A stretch of DNA of 32,000 nt from Mycolicibacterium smegmatis (GTDB taxonomy: Bacteria; Actinomycetota; Actinomycetes; Mycobacteriales; Mycobacteriaceae). Under the pieces are notes generated by a model that searched no databases, was not told where the DNA came from, and was given only the letters and a program-made list of their open reading frames with translations. Numbering within the stretch: position 1 is the first letter of the stretch; every line of letters starts with the position of its first letter. This document shows positions 1 to 8,878 of this stretch, one piece after another. A program made the translations under genes and the position numbers. The DNA is taken from assembly GCF_001457595.1 (NCBI RefSeq), contig NZ_LN831039.1, positions 930,001-962,000 on the forward strand. The letters run 5' to 3'.

Positions 1-1
1 C

Positions 2-88
2 GCCGTCGCCTTCGCGGTGGGCACCTACGCGCTGTCCACCGACGGGCCCAACGGCGTCCCAGGACGTGACCAGAGAAAGCGCAGCTGA
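2..88 (+). CDS. 3' end of an upstream gene (partial; product unknown)
   Basis: The frame is open from the window edge with GC-rich third codon positions and ends at TGA 86-88 (..[28 protein letters not shown]). It is too short to assign a family. Confidence 0.3.
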   Translation, partial: AVAFAVGTYALSTDGPNGVPGRDQRKRS

Positions 89-159
89 CACACCATTTCT
101 TGACAGCTACTTGGCAGTTCGGAATTGAACCAGGGTGCGGCATAACCCGTGTTAGGGGT

Positions 160-1248
160 ATGGAAAACACCGCCTTCACGCCGTCGGGCACTTGCACCAT
201 TGCAGGCGTTCACGGTGTACTCCCGCCCCACCGTTACACGCAGGCCGAGGTCACCGAGGCCCTACTCGACCTGCCCGGATATGCCGATTTCGAAGGCATC
301 GTCCGGTCGCTGCACAAAAGTGCAAAAGTGAACAGCCGATATCTGACGCTTCCGCTCGAGGAATACGCCGCACTCGACGATTTCGGTGAAACGAACGGTT
401 TGTTCATCGAACACGCCACCGAATTGGGCTGCGCCGCCCTGACGGGTGCGCTCGACGAGGCGGGCCTGCGCCCCGAGGACGTCGACCTGATCATCACCAC
501 CACCGTCACCGGCGCGGTGGTCCCGTCGCTCGACGCCCGCATCGCCGGGCGCGTCGGGCTACGGCCCGATGTGCGGCGCGTCCCGATCTTCGGGCTCGGG
601 TGCGTCGCCGGCGCGGCCGGGGTTGCACGGCTCAACGACTACCTGCGCGGCGCCCCGGACAAGGTCGCCGTCCTGGTGTCGGTCGAACTGTGTTCGCTGA
701 CGCACAAGCACACACCGTCGATGCCGACCCTGGTGGCCGGGGCCCTGTTCGGCGACGGCGCCTCGGCCGTCGTCGCCGTCGGCGCCGGGCGCGCCGAACA
801 ACTCGACCCCATCGGTCCCGACGTCCTGGACTCCCGCAGCCACCTGTACCCGGACTCGCTGCACGCGATGGGATGGGACATCGGCACCAAGGGATTCGAG
901 ATCGTCCTGAGCGCCGAGGTGCCCGGTTTCGTGGGCCGTTACCTGGGTGACGACGTCACCGAGTTCCTCGGTGAGCACGGAGTGGCCACCGACGACGTCA
1001 GCGCGTGGGTGAGCCACCCGGGCGGGCCGAAGGTGATCGAGGCGATCATCGAGACACTGGACCTGCCTTCGGACGCACTGGATCTCACGTGGCAGTCGCT
1101 CGCCGAGGTGGGCAACCTCTCGTCGTCGTCGGTGCTGCACGTGCTGCGCGACACGATCCGCAAACGCCCACCCGCAGGAACGCCGGGTGTGCTGATGGCC
1201 ATGGGACCCGGCTTCTGCTCCGAACTCGTCCTGCTGCGGTGGCGTTGA
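160..1248 (+). CDS. type III polyketide synthase (chalcone/stilbene synthase superfamily)
   Basis: The Cys-His-Asn catalytic contexts are visible: [39 protein letters not shown] prefer ATG 160 (MENTAF..., preceded by AGGGG) over the TTG at 100 used by the ORF track. Length is about 362 aa, typical for the family. Confidence 0.9.
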   Translation: MENTAFTPSGTCTIAGVHGVLPPHRYTQAEVTEALLDLPGYADFEGIVRSLHKSAKVNSRYLTLPLEEYAALDDFGETNGLFIEHATELGCAALTGALDEAGLRPEDVDLIITTTVTGAVVPSLDARIAGRVGLRPDVRRVPIFGLGCVAGAAGVARLNDYLRGAPDKVAVLVSVELCSLTHKHTPSMPTLVAGALFGDGASAVVAVGAGRAEQLDPIGPDVLDSRSHLYPDSLHAMGWDIGTKGFEIVLSAEVPGFVGRYLGDDVTEFLGEHGVATDDVSAWVSHPGGPKVIEAIIETLDLPSDALDLTWQSLAEVGNLSSSSVLHVLRDTIRKRPPAGTPGVLMAMGPGFCSELVLLRWR

Positions 1249-1751
1249 TGAAGGCATTCACAGCCCTGGTCGCCGCCGTGGCCGCCGAACGGCTCGCCGA
1301 GCTCGTGGTGTCCAAACGCAACCTCGAGTGGAGTAAGACCCACGGCGGCAAGGAGTTCGGCGCCGGCCATTACCCGGTGATGGTGGCTTTGCACACCGGC
1401 CTGCTGGCCGGTGCCGCCCTGGAGGCCCGTCGGCGCCGGGTCCGCCCGGCGCTCGGCCGGCCCATGTTCGCGGTGGTGCTCGCAGCGCAGGGCCTGCGCT
1501 GGTGGTGCATCAAAACGCTGGGGCCACAGTGGAACACCCGCGTCATCGTGGTGCCCGGCGCGACGCGGGTGCTCGCCGGGCCGTACCGATTCCTGCCGCA
1601 CCCCAACTACGTCGCGGTGGTGGCCGAAGGCGTTGCGCTGCCGCTGGTCGGCGGCGCATGGCGCACGGCGCTGGGATTCACGATCGCCAACGCGCTGCTG
1701 CTGCGGACCCGCATCCGCGTCGAGAACGACGCGCTACGTAGCCTGACATGA
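1248..1751 (+). CDS. isoprenylcysteine carboxyl methyltransferase (ICMT)-family membrane methyltransferase
   Basis: The ATG overlaps the PKS stop (TGATG at 1246-1250). The protein is about 167 aa and hydrophobic, with an RFLPHPNYVAVVAEGVALPL motif typical of ICMT/SrsB-like enzymes. The N-terminal part of track ORF 1005..1751 overlaps the PKS and is discarded. Confidence 0.85.
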   Translation: MKAFTALVAAVAAERLAELVVSKRNLEWSKTHGGKEFGAGHYPVMVALHTGLLAGAALEARRRRVRPALGRPMFAVVLAAQGLRWWCIKTLGPQWNTRVIVVPGATRVLAGPYRFLPHPNYVAVVAEGVALPLVGGAWRTALGFTIANALLLRTRIRVENDALRSLT

Positions 1752-2776
1752 TCGATCTGCTCGTGGCTGGCGGCGGCCCGGCCGGGCTGGCCACCGCGAT
1801 ATACGCCGCGCGCGCCGGACTGGTAACAGTCGTCGTCGAACCACGACCCGGCCCGATCGACAAGGCCTGCGGCGAAGGCCTCATGCCCCACGCCGTGCGG
1901 CAACTCGACCGCCTCGACGTCCACCCCGATGGCCGGGCGTTCCGCGGCATCCGCTACCTCGACGGCAGGCACACCGCTGAGGCACGGTTCCGCGACGGCA
2001 ACGGACTCGGCGTGCGCCGCACGGTGCTGCACGCCGCGCTGGCCGACGCCGCTGCCGCAGCCGGGGTGCGGGTGGTGGCCGGCCAGGTGGACACCATCAT
2101 CCAGACCGCAACGACGGTGTGCGCGGCGGGTTTTCGGGCGCGCTACCTCGCGGCCGCCGACGGCCTGCACTCGCCGATCCGGCGTTCGCTGGGCCTGGCC
2201 CACGACGAGTCACCCCGGCGGCGCTGGGGAATCCGGCGGCACATCCAGATCGCGCCGTGGTCGGACTGCGTCGAGGTGTACTGGGCGCCCAACGCCCGGG
2301 TGAATGCCGAGGCGTACGTGACGCCTGTGGCCGACGACTGCGTCGGCGTCGCGGTGCTCACCTCGACCCGCGGGAGTTTCGCCGAGCACCTCGCGCAGTT
2401 CCCCGGCCTGGCGGCCCGACTCGACGGCCTTCCGCACGGACGCGACCGCGCGGCCGGGCCCCTGCTGCAGAAGGTGCGCGGCCGCGTCGCGGGCCGCGTC
2501 CTGCTGGTCGGTGACGCCGCGGGCTACATCGACGCGCTCACCGGCGAGGGCATGGGCCTGGCGTTCGGCGGCGCCGAACTGCTGGTCGACTGCGTGCGCC
2601 ACAACCGGCCCGAGGAGTACGACCGGCGGTGGCTGGCCATGACGCGACGCTACCGGTGGTTGACGGCTGCGCTGTTGCGCGGCAGCGGGATCCGGCCGGT
2701 GCGCGCCTGCATCACGCCCGTGGCGGCGGCACTGCCGGGCGTGTTCGCGCGTGCGGTCAATGCGTTGGGGGAGTAG
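1748..2776 (+). CDS. FAD-dependent oxidoreductase / monooxygenase (geranylgeranyl-reductase-like family)
   Basis: There is an ATGA start/stop overlap with the methyltransferase. The N-terminal dinucleotide fold is LLVAGGGPAGLATAIYAARAGL and a GD motif is present (LLVGDAAGYIDALTGEGM). Confidence 0.85.
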   Translation: MIDLLVAGGGPAGLATAIYAARAGLVTVVVEPRPGPIDKACGEGLMPHAVRQLDRLDVHPDGRAFRGIRYLDGRHTAEARFRDGNGLGVRRTVLHAALADAAAAAGVRVVAGQVDTIIQTATTVCAAGFRARYLAAADGLHSPIRRSLGLAHDESPRRRWGIRRHIQIAPWSDCVEVYWAPNARVNAEAYVTPVADDCVGVAVLTSTRGSFAEHLAQFPGLAARLDGLPHGRDRAAGPLLQKVRGRVAGRVLLVGDAAGYIDALTGEGMGLAFGGAELLVDCVRHNRPEEYDRRWLAMTRRYRWLTAALLRGSGIRPVRACITPVAAALPGVFARAVNALGE

Positions 2777-4052
2777 GCGCCTGGTCGGCCGCTGGGCGGC
2801 GGCCCAGACCGCCGAGGGTCTCCAGCAGGCGCATACCGTGGAACACCGCCAGCGCGGCGATGGATCCGAGCGCGATGCCCGTGAAGGTCAATTCTCCGGC
2901 CTGCCAGGTGAAATCGGCGATACCGATGATGAGCGGGATGGCCGCGGTCATCTGGTTGACGGGTTTGGAGAAGTCGACGTGGTTGGTCAGCCAGATCCGC
3001 ACACCGAGGATGCCCACCAGCCCGTACAGCACGATCGTCGCGCCGCCCAGCACACCGGCCGGGATCGCCGAGATCACCGCTCCGACCTTGGGGCACAACG
3101 ACAACACGATCGCCACGACGGCCGCCACCCAGTACGCGGCGGTCGAGTAGACGCGCGTGGCGGCCATGACGCCGATGTTCTCGGCGTAGGTGGTGGTGGC
3201 CGAGCCGCCTCCGGCGCCGGCGAGCACGGTCGCCACACCGTCGGCCGCGAGCGCCCGACCGATGAGCGGATCCATGTCGGTCTTGGTCATCTGTCCCACG
3301 GACTTGACGTGCCCGATGTTCTCGGCGATCAGCGCGATCACCGCGGGCAGGAACAACGGCAGCAGACCGAGGGAGAACGTCGGGGTCTGGAACTGCGGCA
3401 AGCCCACCCACGGGGCCGCCGCGATCGCCGACGTGTCGACCTCGCCGAGGACCAGCGCCAGCAGATACCCGATCACCACGGCGCCGAAGATCGCCAGCCG
3501 GCCGATGATGCCGCGGAAGAACGCCAGCACACCGACCAACAGGACCAGCGTCACCAGACCGACCAGCGGACCCTGTTCGAAGTTGTTCTTGGCCGCGGGT
3601 GCCAGGTTGAACCCGATGAGCGCCACGATCGCGCCGGTGACCACCGGCGGCAGGACCACGTCGATCCAGTGCGTGCCCACCAGGTGCACCACCGCGCCGA
3701 CGATGATCAGCAGCACGCCCACCGCGATCAGTCCGCCGAGCGCACTGCCCGCGCCGTCGGCGGCCACGGCCGCGGTGACCGGCGCGATCACCGCGAAGCT
3801 CGACCCCAGATAGCTCGGCAACCGGTTGCCGGTGATCAGCAGGAACAGGACCGTGCCGATACCGGAGAACAGCAGGGTGGTCGACGGCGGGAAGCCCGTG
3901 AGGACCGGGACCAGGAACGTCGCACCGAACATCGCCACCACGTGCTGCGCACCGATGCCGATGGTGCGTCCCCAGTCGAGTCGCTCGCCCGGCGCGACGA
4001 CGAAGTCGTCATCGGCGCGGGACTCGACGTACTTCCAATTCAGCAAGGTCAC
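2757..4052 (-). CDS. nucleobase:cation symporter-2 (NCS2) uracil/xanthine permease
   Basis: 431 aa polytopic membrane protein with the NCS2-type motif GAQHVVAMFGATFLVPVLTG. GTG start at 4052. The 3' end overlaps the convergent oxidoreductase by 20 nt. Confidence 0.85.
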   Translation of the reverse strand: MTLLNWKYVESRADDDFVVAPGERLDWGRTIGIGAQHVVAMFGATFLVPVLTGFPPSTTLLFSGIGTVLFLLITGNRLPSYLGSSFAVIAPVTAAVAADGAGSALGGLIAVGVLLIIVGAVVHLVGTHWIDVVLPPVVTGAIVALIGFNLAPAAKNNFEQGPLVGLVTLVLLVGVLAFFRGIIGRLAIFGAVVIGYLLALVLGEVDTSAIAAAPWVGLPQFQTPTFSLGLLPLFLPAVIALIAENIGHVKSVGQMTKTDMDPLIGRALAADGVATVLAGAGGGSATTTYAENIGVMAATRVYSTAAYWVAAVVAIVLSLCPKVGAVISAIPAGVLGGATIVLYGLVGILGVRIWLTNHVDFSKPVNQMTAAIPLIIGIADFTWQAGELTFTGIALGSIAALAVFHGMRLLETLGGLGRRPAADQAPTPPTH

Positions 4053-4097
4053 GATTGAGAACTACACACCATCGGCGGCGTTTGCGCACGCGTGACG

Positions 4098-5318
4098 CTA
4101 CGAGATGCGGCGGACCCCGTAGACCACCGCGCCGGCCGCCACCACGGCCAACCCGGCCAGCACCGACGACAGCGGCAACGTGAACGCCAGCACCAGGCAC
4201 CCGACGAGGCCGACGGCGGGGATGAGACGCCGGCCCAGCGTGGCCGCCGACGCATTGGCGATCGCGTAGTACAGCAGCACCGCGAACGACGAGAAGCCGA
4301 TCGCGCCACGCAGATCCGCGACCGCGGCCAGCACGGCCACCACCACGCCGACCGTCATCTCGGCGCGGTGCGGCACGCCGAACCGCGAGTGGACGGCGCC
4401 GAGCGCCGACGGCAGATGATGGTCGCGGGCCATCGCGAGCGTCGTGCGGGACACCCCCAGGATCAGCGCGAGCAGCGAACCCAACGCGGCGATCGCGGCG
4501 CCGGCACGCACCAGGGGCTGCCACTGCCCGGCACCCACGGCCGCCACGGCGTCGGCCAGCGGCGCCGTCGCACCGGCCAGTTCGGCGCCACCCAGCACCG
4601 CGAGCACCGCGCCCGCCACCACGGCGTACACGACGAGCGTGAGACCCAGCGCGATCCGGATGGCGCGCGGGATGATCCGCGCGGGATCGCGGACCTCCTC
4701 ACCGAGGGTCGCGATGCGCGCGTAACCGGCGAACGCGAAGAACAGCAGACCCGCCGCCTGCAACACCCCGACCGCGGAGACGTCGTCGCCCAGCGACAAC
4801 CGGGCGGCATCGGCGTCACCGGAACCGAGCAGCAGCACCACCACGGTGGCCAGGATCGCGAGCACCACGGCGACGATCACCCGTGTCAGCATGGCCGACT
4901 TCTGCACCCCGACGTAGTTGACGGCGGTCAGCGCCACCACGGCGCCCACCGCGACCGCATTCGCGTGCTCGGGCCACGCGTAGCTGCCCACGGTCAGCGC
5001 CATCGCCGCGCACGAGGCGGTCTTGCCGACGACGAAACTCCAGCCCGCGAGGTAACCCCAGAAGTCGCCGAGCCGTTCGCGCCCGTAGACGTACGTGCCG
5101 CCGGACTGCGGATAGATGGCCGCCAGCCGCGCCGAGGACGTGGCGTTGCAATACGCGACTACGGCGGCGAGCGCCAGACCGATCAGCAGACCCGATCCGG
5201 CCGCCGCGGCGGCCGGGCCGATCGCGGCGAAGATGCCCGCGCCGATCATCGAGCCCAGCCCGATGGTCACGGCGTCGAAGGTTCCGAGCCTGCGCTGCAG
5301 ATCCCCGGGCGTGGACAC
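4098..5318 (-). CDS. amino acid/polyamine/organocation (APC) family permease
   Basis: 406 aa, about 12 hydrophobic segments, with the N-terminal APC signature FDAVTIGLGSMIGAGIF. GTG start at 5318. Confidence 0.85.
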   Translation of the reverse strand: MSTPGDLQRRLGTFDAVTIGLGSMIGAGIFAAIGPAAAAAGSGLLIGLALAAVVAYCNATSSARLAAIYPQSGGTYVYGRERLGDFWGYLAGWSFVVGKTASCAAMALTVGSYAWPEHANAVAVGAVVALTAVNYVGVQKSAMLTRVIVAVVLAILATVVVLLLGSGDADAARLSLGDDVSAVGVLQAAGLLFFAFAGYARIATLGEEVRDPARIIPRAIRIALGLTLVVYAVVAGAVLAVLGGAELAGATAPLADAVAAVGAGQWQPLVRAGAAIAALGSLLALILGVSRTTLAMARDHHLPSALGAVHSRFGVPHRAEMTVGVVVAVLAAVADLRGAIGFSSFAVLLYYAIANASAATLGRRLIPAVGLVGCLVLAFTLPLSSVLAGLAVVAAGAVVYGVRRIS

Positions 5319-5333
5319 GCCCGCGATCGTAGA

Positions 5334-5660
5334 TCAGTGCGAGTCGCGTTTGGGGATGAGCGATTCGTGCGCCGAGCTGGTGGCCGCCCGGAACAGCACC
5401 GCGATGAGGGCCAGCGCGCCGGCCGCCACCACCGGGATGGTCCACAGCCGACGCGTCATCAGCGCCGAGCCGCATTTGTCGACGTATTCCGCGCCTGCCG
5501 CCTCGGCCTGCACCAGATGTTCGGAAAATGCTGTGCCGCAGGGGATCTGCATGCCGTATCGGTCGAAGTCGTCGAGGTAGACCGTCATGCTCATCAGATA
5601 CAGGCCGATGGCCAGGACGATCGCCCCGGCGATGCCCAGGTAGACCGCGCGATAGCTCAT
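5334..5660 (-). CDS. small two-TM membrane protein with a Cys-containing loop (unknown function)
   Basis: ATG at 5660 is preceded by AGGGGGAA. Third codon positions are GC-rich throughout. Two hydrophobic helices flank a loop with two Cys. The stop lies 15 nt upstream of the APC permease start. Confidence 0.6.
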   Translation of the reverse strand: MSYRAVYLGIAGAIVLAIGLYLMSMTVYLDDFDRYGMQIPCGTAFSEHLVQAEAAGAEYVDKCGSALMTRRLWTIPVVAAGALALIAVLFRAATSSAHESLIPKRDSH

Positions 5661-5872
5661 GGTTCCCCCTTCAAGTCATGCACGCATCGGAGAACAGCAG
5701 CACCGGTCAGGGCGCGATGGCCCTGAGGAACGACACCACGGCGTCGAGACTCTCCATGTTGCGCGGATGGTCGATGTTTGTGCTCGACCAGATGACGCTC
5801 ACCTATGTTAATGACCGTTCCCCATGGGTCAGGGCCTTTGACCGGATCGGTGGGCCCGTTTATCGTGACCAC

Positions 5873-7138
5873 ATGGCGCGCACCCCGCTCGGTCCGACCA
5901 CGAGCGGTTCTGTAGCTGTGCGGCGCCGGCCCAAGGACCGAAAAGCGCAGATCGCACGGGCTTCTGCGGAGGCGTTCAGCGCGCTCGGCTATCACGGCGT
6001 GAGCATGGAGGCCATCGCGTCGCGGGTCGGGATCTCCGCGGCCGCGCTGTACCGGCACTACTCCAGTAAATACGAGCTGTTCCGCGACGCCGTGCTCAAT
6101 CTCGGGCAGCAACTCGTCGACTGCACCGCATTCGCCGACACCGCTGACGCACCCGAGAACTCCGAGGATGCCCGCGAGCAGTTGCGCCTTCTGGCCGCTG
6201 CGCTGACCGACACGTCGCTGGCCAACCGGGAATCCGGCGGCCTGTACCGCTGGGAGGCTCGTTACCTCAACGAAGACGACCAGGCGGCCCTCAACGCACA
6301 GATGCGCACCGTGCACCACCGCATCCAGCGGCCGCTGCAGCAGCTGCGTCCGGAACTGATCTCGCGCGAGCGGTGGATGCTGTCCACCGCGACGCTCAGT
6401 GTGATCGGCAGCGTCGTGGACCACCGCGGCAAACTGCCTGCCGGCCAGATCCGCGAGGTGCTCGGTGAGATCGTCGAGAGTGTGCTGGCCGCCGACCTGC
6501 CGGAACTTCCTGAACTCGGCGCCGTGGCGGCACCTGCGACGACGCCGGTGGTGAGTGCGGCCAAATACGAAGCGCTGCTGAACGAGTCGATGCGGTTGTT
6601 CAACAAGAACGGCTACCGCGACACCACGATGGAGGACATCGCGGCAGCCGTCGGCATGCCGGCCTCGGGCATCTACCGCTACTTCTCGGGCAAGGCCGAC
6701 ATCCTGGCTGCGGGCTTCCGCCGTGCGGCCGACCGCCTGTCGGCCGACATGGCCGAGATCCTCGCCGCCGGAGGCGAACCCGAGGATGTCCTCGCGGCGC
6801 TGATCGACGACTATGTGACGCGGTCCTTCGACCGTCCCGAGTTGGAGCACGTCTACTACACCGAGCGGCTCAACATGACCCCGGCGGACCAGAAGATCCT
6901 GCGTGATCTGCAGCGCTCGGCCGTCGAATCGTGGGTCAACGTCGTGATGCCGGTCCGGCCGCACTGGTCGGCCGGGCAGGCGCGCTTCGCCGTTCATGCC
7001 GCGATGGCCTTGGTGATCGACCTGGGCCGGCTCATGGGGTACCGGAACTCTGAGCAGGCCCGGGCCGTGGTGTCGACCATGGTCGATCTGGTGTTGTTGG
7101 GCCGCTACCGGTTACGGACGGCGTTGCCCGCGAGGTAG
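5873..7138 (+). CDS. TetR-family regulator with two tandem TetR units in one polypeptide
   Basis: Two separate TetR HTH regions are present: AEAFSALGYHGVSMEAIASRVGISAAALYRHYSSKYELF (about nt 5950-6090) and ESMRLFNKNGYRDTTMEDIAAAVGMPASGIYRYFSGKADIL (about nt 6580-6710), each followed by a helical ligand-domain-like stretch. Start is taken at ATG 5873 (MARTPLG...); the upstream part of track ORF 5528.. is Arg/Ser/Pro-rich junk. Confidence 0.8.
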   Translation: MARTPLGPTTSGSVAVRRRPKDRKAQIARASAEAFSALGYHGVSMEAIASRVGISAAALYRHYSSKYELFRDAVLNLGQQLVDCTAFADTADAPENSEDAREQLRLLAAALTDTSLANRESGGLYRWEARYLNEDDQAALNAQMRTVHHRIQRPLQQLRPELISRERWMLSTATLSVIGSVVDHRGKLPAGQIREVLGEIVESVLAADLPELPELGAVAAPATTPVVSAAKYEALLNESMRLFNKNGYRDTTMEDIAAAVGMPASGIYRYFSGKADILAAGFRRAADRLSADMAEILAAGGEPEDVLAALIDDYVTRSFDRPELEHVYYTERLNMTPADQKILRDLQRSAVESWVNVVMPVRPHWSAGQARFAVHAAMALVIDLGRLMGYRNSEQARAVVSTMVDLVLLGRYRLRTALPAR

Positions 7139-7377
7139 GTGAGATAGCCGACGGCGCCGACGGCCCCGATGCGCCGCGTCTTGGATGCGCTCAGCGCCAG
7201 GCCCAGCGCGGTCTCGATGCCGCCGTTGGTGTAGATGTGCTTGCGGGTGTCGCGCGGGAAGGCCGGCTTGGTGATCGACTCGAACAGTTGCGGCTTGGCG
7301 AAGTGGGCGACGCCGACGCCCGCCAGGCCGAGACCGGCGAGTTTGGCCAGCGTGGAGTTCTTCTTCTCTCGTGCCAC
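7105..7377 (-). CDS. small membrane protein, DoxX-like (tentative)
   Basis: GTG at 7377 is preceded by GAGAGGA, 17 nt after the monooxygenase stop. The pattern GVAHFAKPQLFESITKPAFP...GGIETALGLAL resembles short DoxX-like proteins. The track ORF begins at a TTG (7401) that overlaps the upstream gene. Confidence 0.5.
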   Translation of the reverse strand: MAREKKNSTLAKLAGLGLAGVGVAHFAKPQLFESITKPAFPRDTRKHIYTNGGIETALGLALSASKTRRIGAVGAVGYLTYLAGNAVRNR

Positions 7378-7393
7378 GGATGATCCTCTCTGA

Positions 7394-8878
7394 TCAGGCA
7401 AAGGTGTAGTCGCTCAACGGGAATCGTGAGGCTTCCGTGACGGCCCTGCGGGTCGTCATCGGCCTGAGCAGCGTTGCCTCGCCGCTCGGATTGAAATAGT
7501 ACGACCGTGCCGATGCACAGTTGCCGAGGGTGAACAGCGAATCGCCGAGCGCGTCGGTCATCCGGTCGAGGTACCGCCGGTTGGCCTCCTCGGTGACCTC
7601 GAAGGTCCGCGCGTCACGGCGCGCCACCTCGCCGAGCAAGCGCTCCATGAGCCGCATCTGGTATTCCATGGTGTTGAAGAAGTTCAGGCCCAGGAACGCA
7701 TACGGTCCGGCCAGGCTGAGGTAGTTGGGGAAGTACGGCATCGAGACTCCCTGATATGCCTGGAATCTGGTCTCGCGCCACCATTTGCCGAGGTCGCGTC
7801 CCTGCCTGCCGATCACCTCGATCGCGGGGAAATTGGCCTCCCACAGGTCGAAACCGGTCGCGAGCACCAGGGTGTCGATCACGGTCTTGCTGCCGTCGGC
7901 GTTGACGATCCCGTCGGGCTCGACGTGGTCGATTCCGTCGGCCTGCAGATGCACGTGCGGTTTGGTGAACGTCCGGTAGTAGCTGTTGGAGAATGTGGGC
8001 CGCTTGCAACCGAAGTCGTAGTCCGGCGTGAGTTTGCTGCGCAGGTCCGGGTCACGGATCGATGCCGCCAGGTGCAGCCGGCCCAGATCCGCCGCGGCGA
8101 TGTTGAGCCGACGGAAGTACCGGTGCTTGAGCACCGCGGTGTCGACCATGAACGCGTAGATGGCGTCGGTGATCGCGCGCACCACGCGCTGGGTCAGCGG
8201 GACGCGCGCGAACAGCGCCCTGACCGCCGGCGGGAACCGCACGTCGACCTTGGGCACCACCCAGATCGGCGTGCGCTGGTAGACCGTCAGCTCGGCGACC
8301 CGCTCGGCCAGTTCAGGGATGAGCTGCACCGCGGTGGCGCCAGTGCCGACGACGGCGGCGCGGCGGCCGTACAGCGAGTACCCGTCGTCCCAGTCGGTGG
8401 TGTGGATGATCTTGCCGTCGAATTCGGTGATGCCCGGAATGTCGGGTGTGTGCGGCTGGGACAGGAACCCGGTGGCGGTGATCAGGAAACGCGCCTGCAG
8501 TTGCTCACCGTCGGTCAGGGACACCTGCCACACGTTGTCGTCCTCGTCCCAGCGGGCCCCGGTGACGGTGGTGCCGAAGCGGATGTGGCGGCGCACGTCG
8601 TACTTGTCGGCGACATCATCGGCGTATCGCTTGATCTCCCTGCCGGTCGAGAACAGCCGTGACCAGGACGGATTGGGTTCGAAGAAATACGAGTACGTGG
8701 TGGTGGGCACGTCGACGGCCAGCCCGGGGTAGTGGTTGACGTACCAGGTGCCGCCCAGGTCGTCCTCGCGCTCCAGGATCACGAAGTCGTCGAACGACAT
8801 CTTCTTGAGCTGGATCGCCGCACCGAGCCCGGCAAATCCTGCCCCGACGATCACCGCGTCGTGCACCACCGGTCGCAT
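7394..8878 (-). CDS. type I Baeyer-Villiger (flavin-containing) monooxygenase
   Basis: FAD fold VIVGAGFAGLGAA, BVMO fingerprint FDGKIIHTTDW (FxGxxxHxxxW), second dinucleotide fold AAVVGTGATAVQ. ATG at 8878. Confidence 0.9.
   Translation of the reverse strand: MRPVVHDAVIVGAGFAGLGAAIQLKKMSFDDFVILEREDDLGGTWYVNHYPGLAVDVPTTTYSYFFEPNPSWSRLFSTGREIKRYADDVADKYDVRRHIRFGTTVTGARWDEDDNVWQVSLTDGEQLQARFLITATGFLSQPHTPDIPGITEFDGKIIHTTDWDDGYSLYGRRAAVVGTGATAVQLIPELAERVAELTVYQRTPIWVVPKVDVRFPPAVRALFARVPLTQRVVRAITDAIYAFMVDTAVLKHRYFRRLNIAAADLGRLHLAASIRDPDLRSKLTPDYDFGCKRPTFSNSYYRTFTKPHVHLQADGIDHVEPDGIVNADGSKTVIDTLVLATGFDLWEANFPAIEVIGRQGRDLGKWWRETRFQAYQGVSMPYFPNYLSLAGPYAFLGLNFFNTMEYQMRLMERLLGEVARRDARTFEVTEEANRRYLDRMTDALGDSLFTLGNCASARSYYFNPSGEATLLRPMTTRRAVTEASRFPLSDYTFA

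Noticed and set aside
100-146. Perfect TTGACA hexamer (100-105) as a -35 element for the PKS cassette
   Set aside because: No TANNNT-type -10 lies at 16-19 nt spacing (the sequence there is GAATTG/ATTGAA). The CATAAC at 141-146 is 35 nt away. The evidence is insufficient to call a promoter.
100-159. N-terminal extensions in the ORF track: 100-159 (PKS), 1005-1247, 5528-5872, 14355-14894, 16979-17038, 17805-18047, 23542-23862, 23676-23756, 27584-27757, 31675-31950
   Set aside because: These extensions start at TTG or GTG codons inside the preceding gene or in non-family-like sequence. Downstream starts give homologue-like N-termini, SD motifs and/or classic ATGA/GTGA coupling.
2751-4058. 435-aa ORF on the + strand, antisense to the NCS2 permease
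   Set aside because: The translation is Arg/Gly/Asp/His-rich low-complexity sequence with no recognisable domain. The opposite strand encodes a clear permease. Long stop-free antisense frames are expected at this GC content.
4092-5726. 544-aa ORF on the + strand, antisense to the APC permease and the small membrane protein
   Set aside because: This is the same high-GC artefact: an R/G/D/H/Q-rich pseudo-protein that spans two real genes on the other strand.
5657-6997. 446-aa ORF on the - strand, antisense to the tandem TetR gene
   Set aside because: It has no motifs and an Arg/Gly/Val-rich composition. The + strand frame has two clear TetR HTH units.
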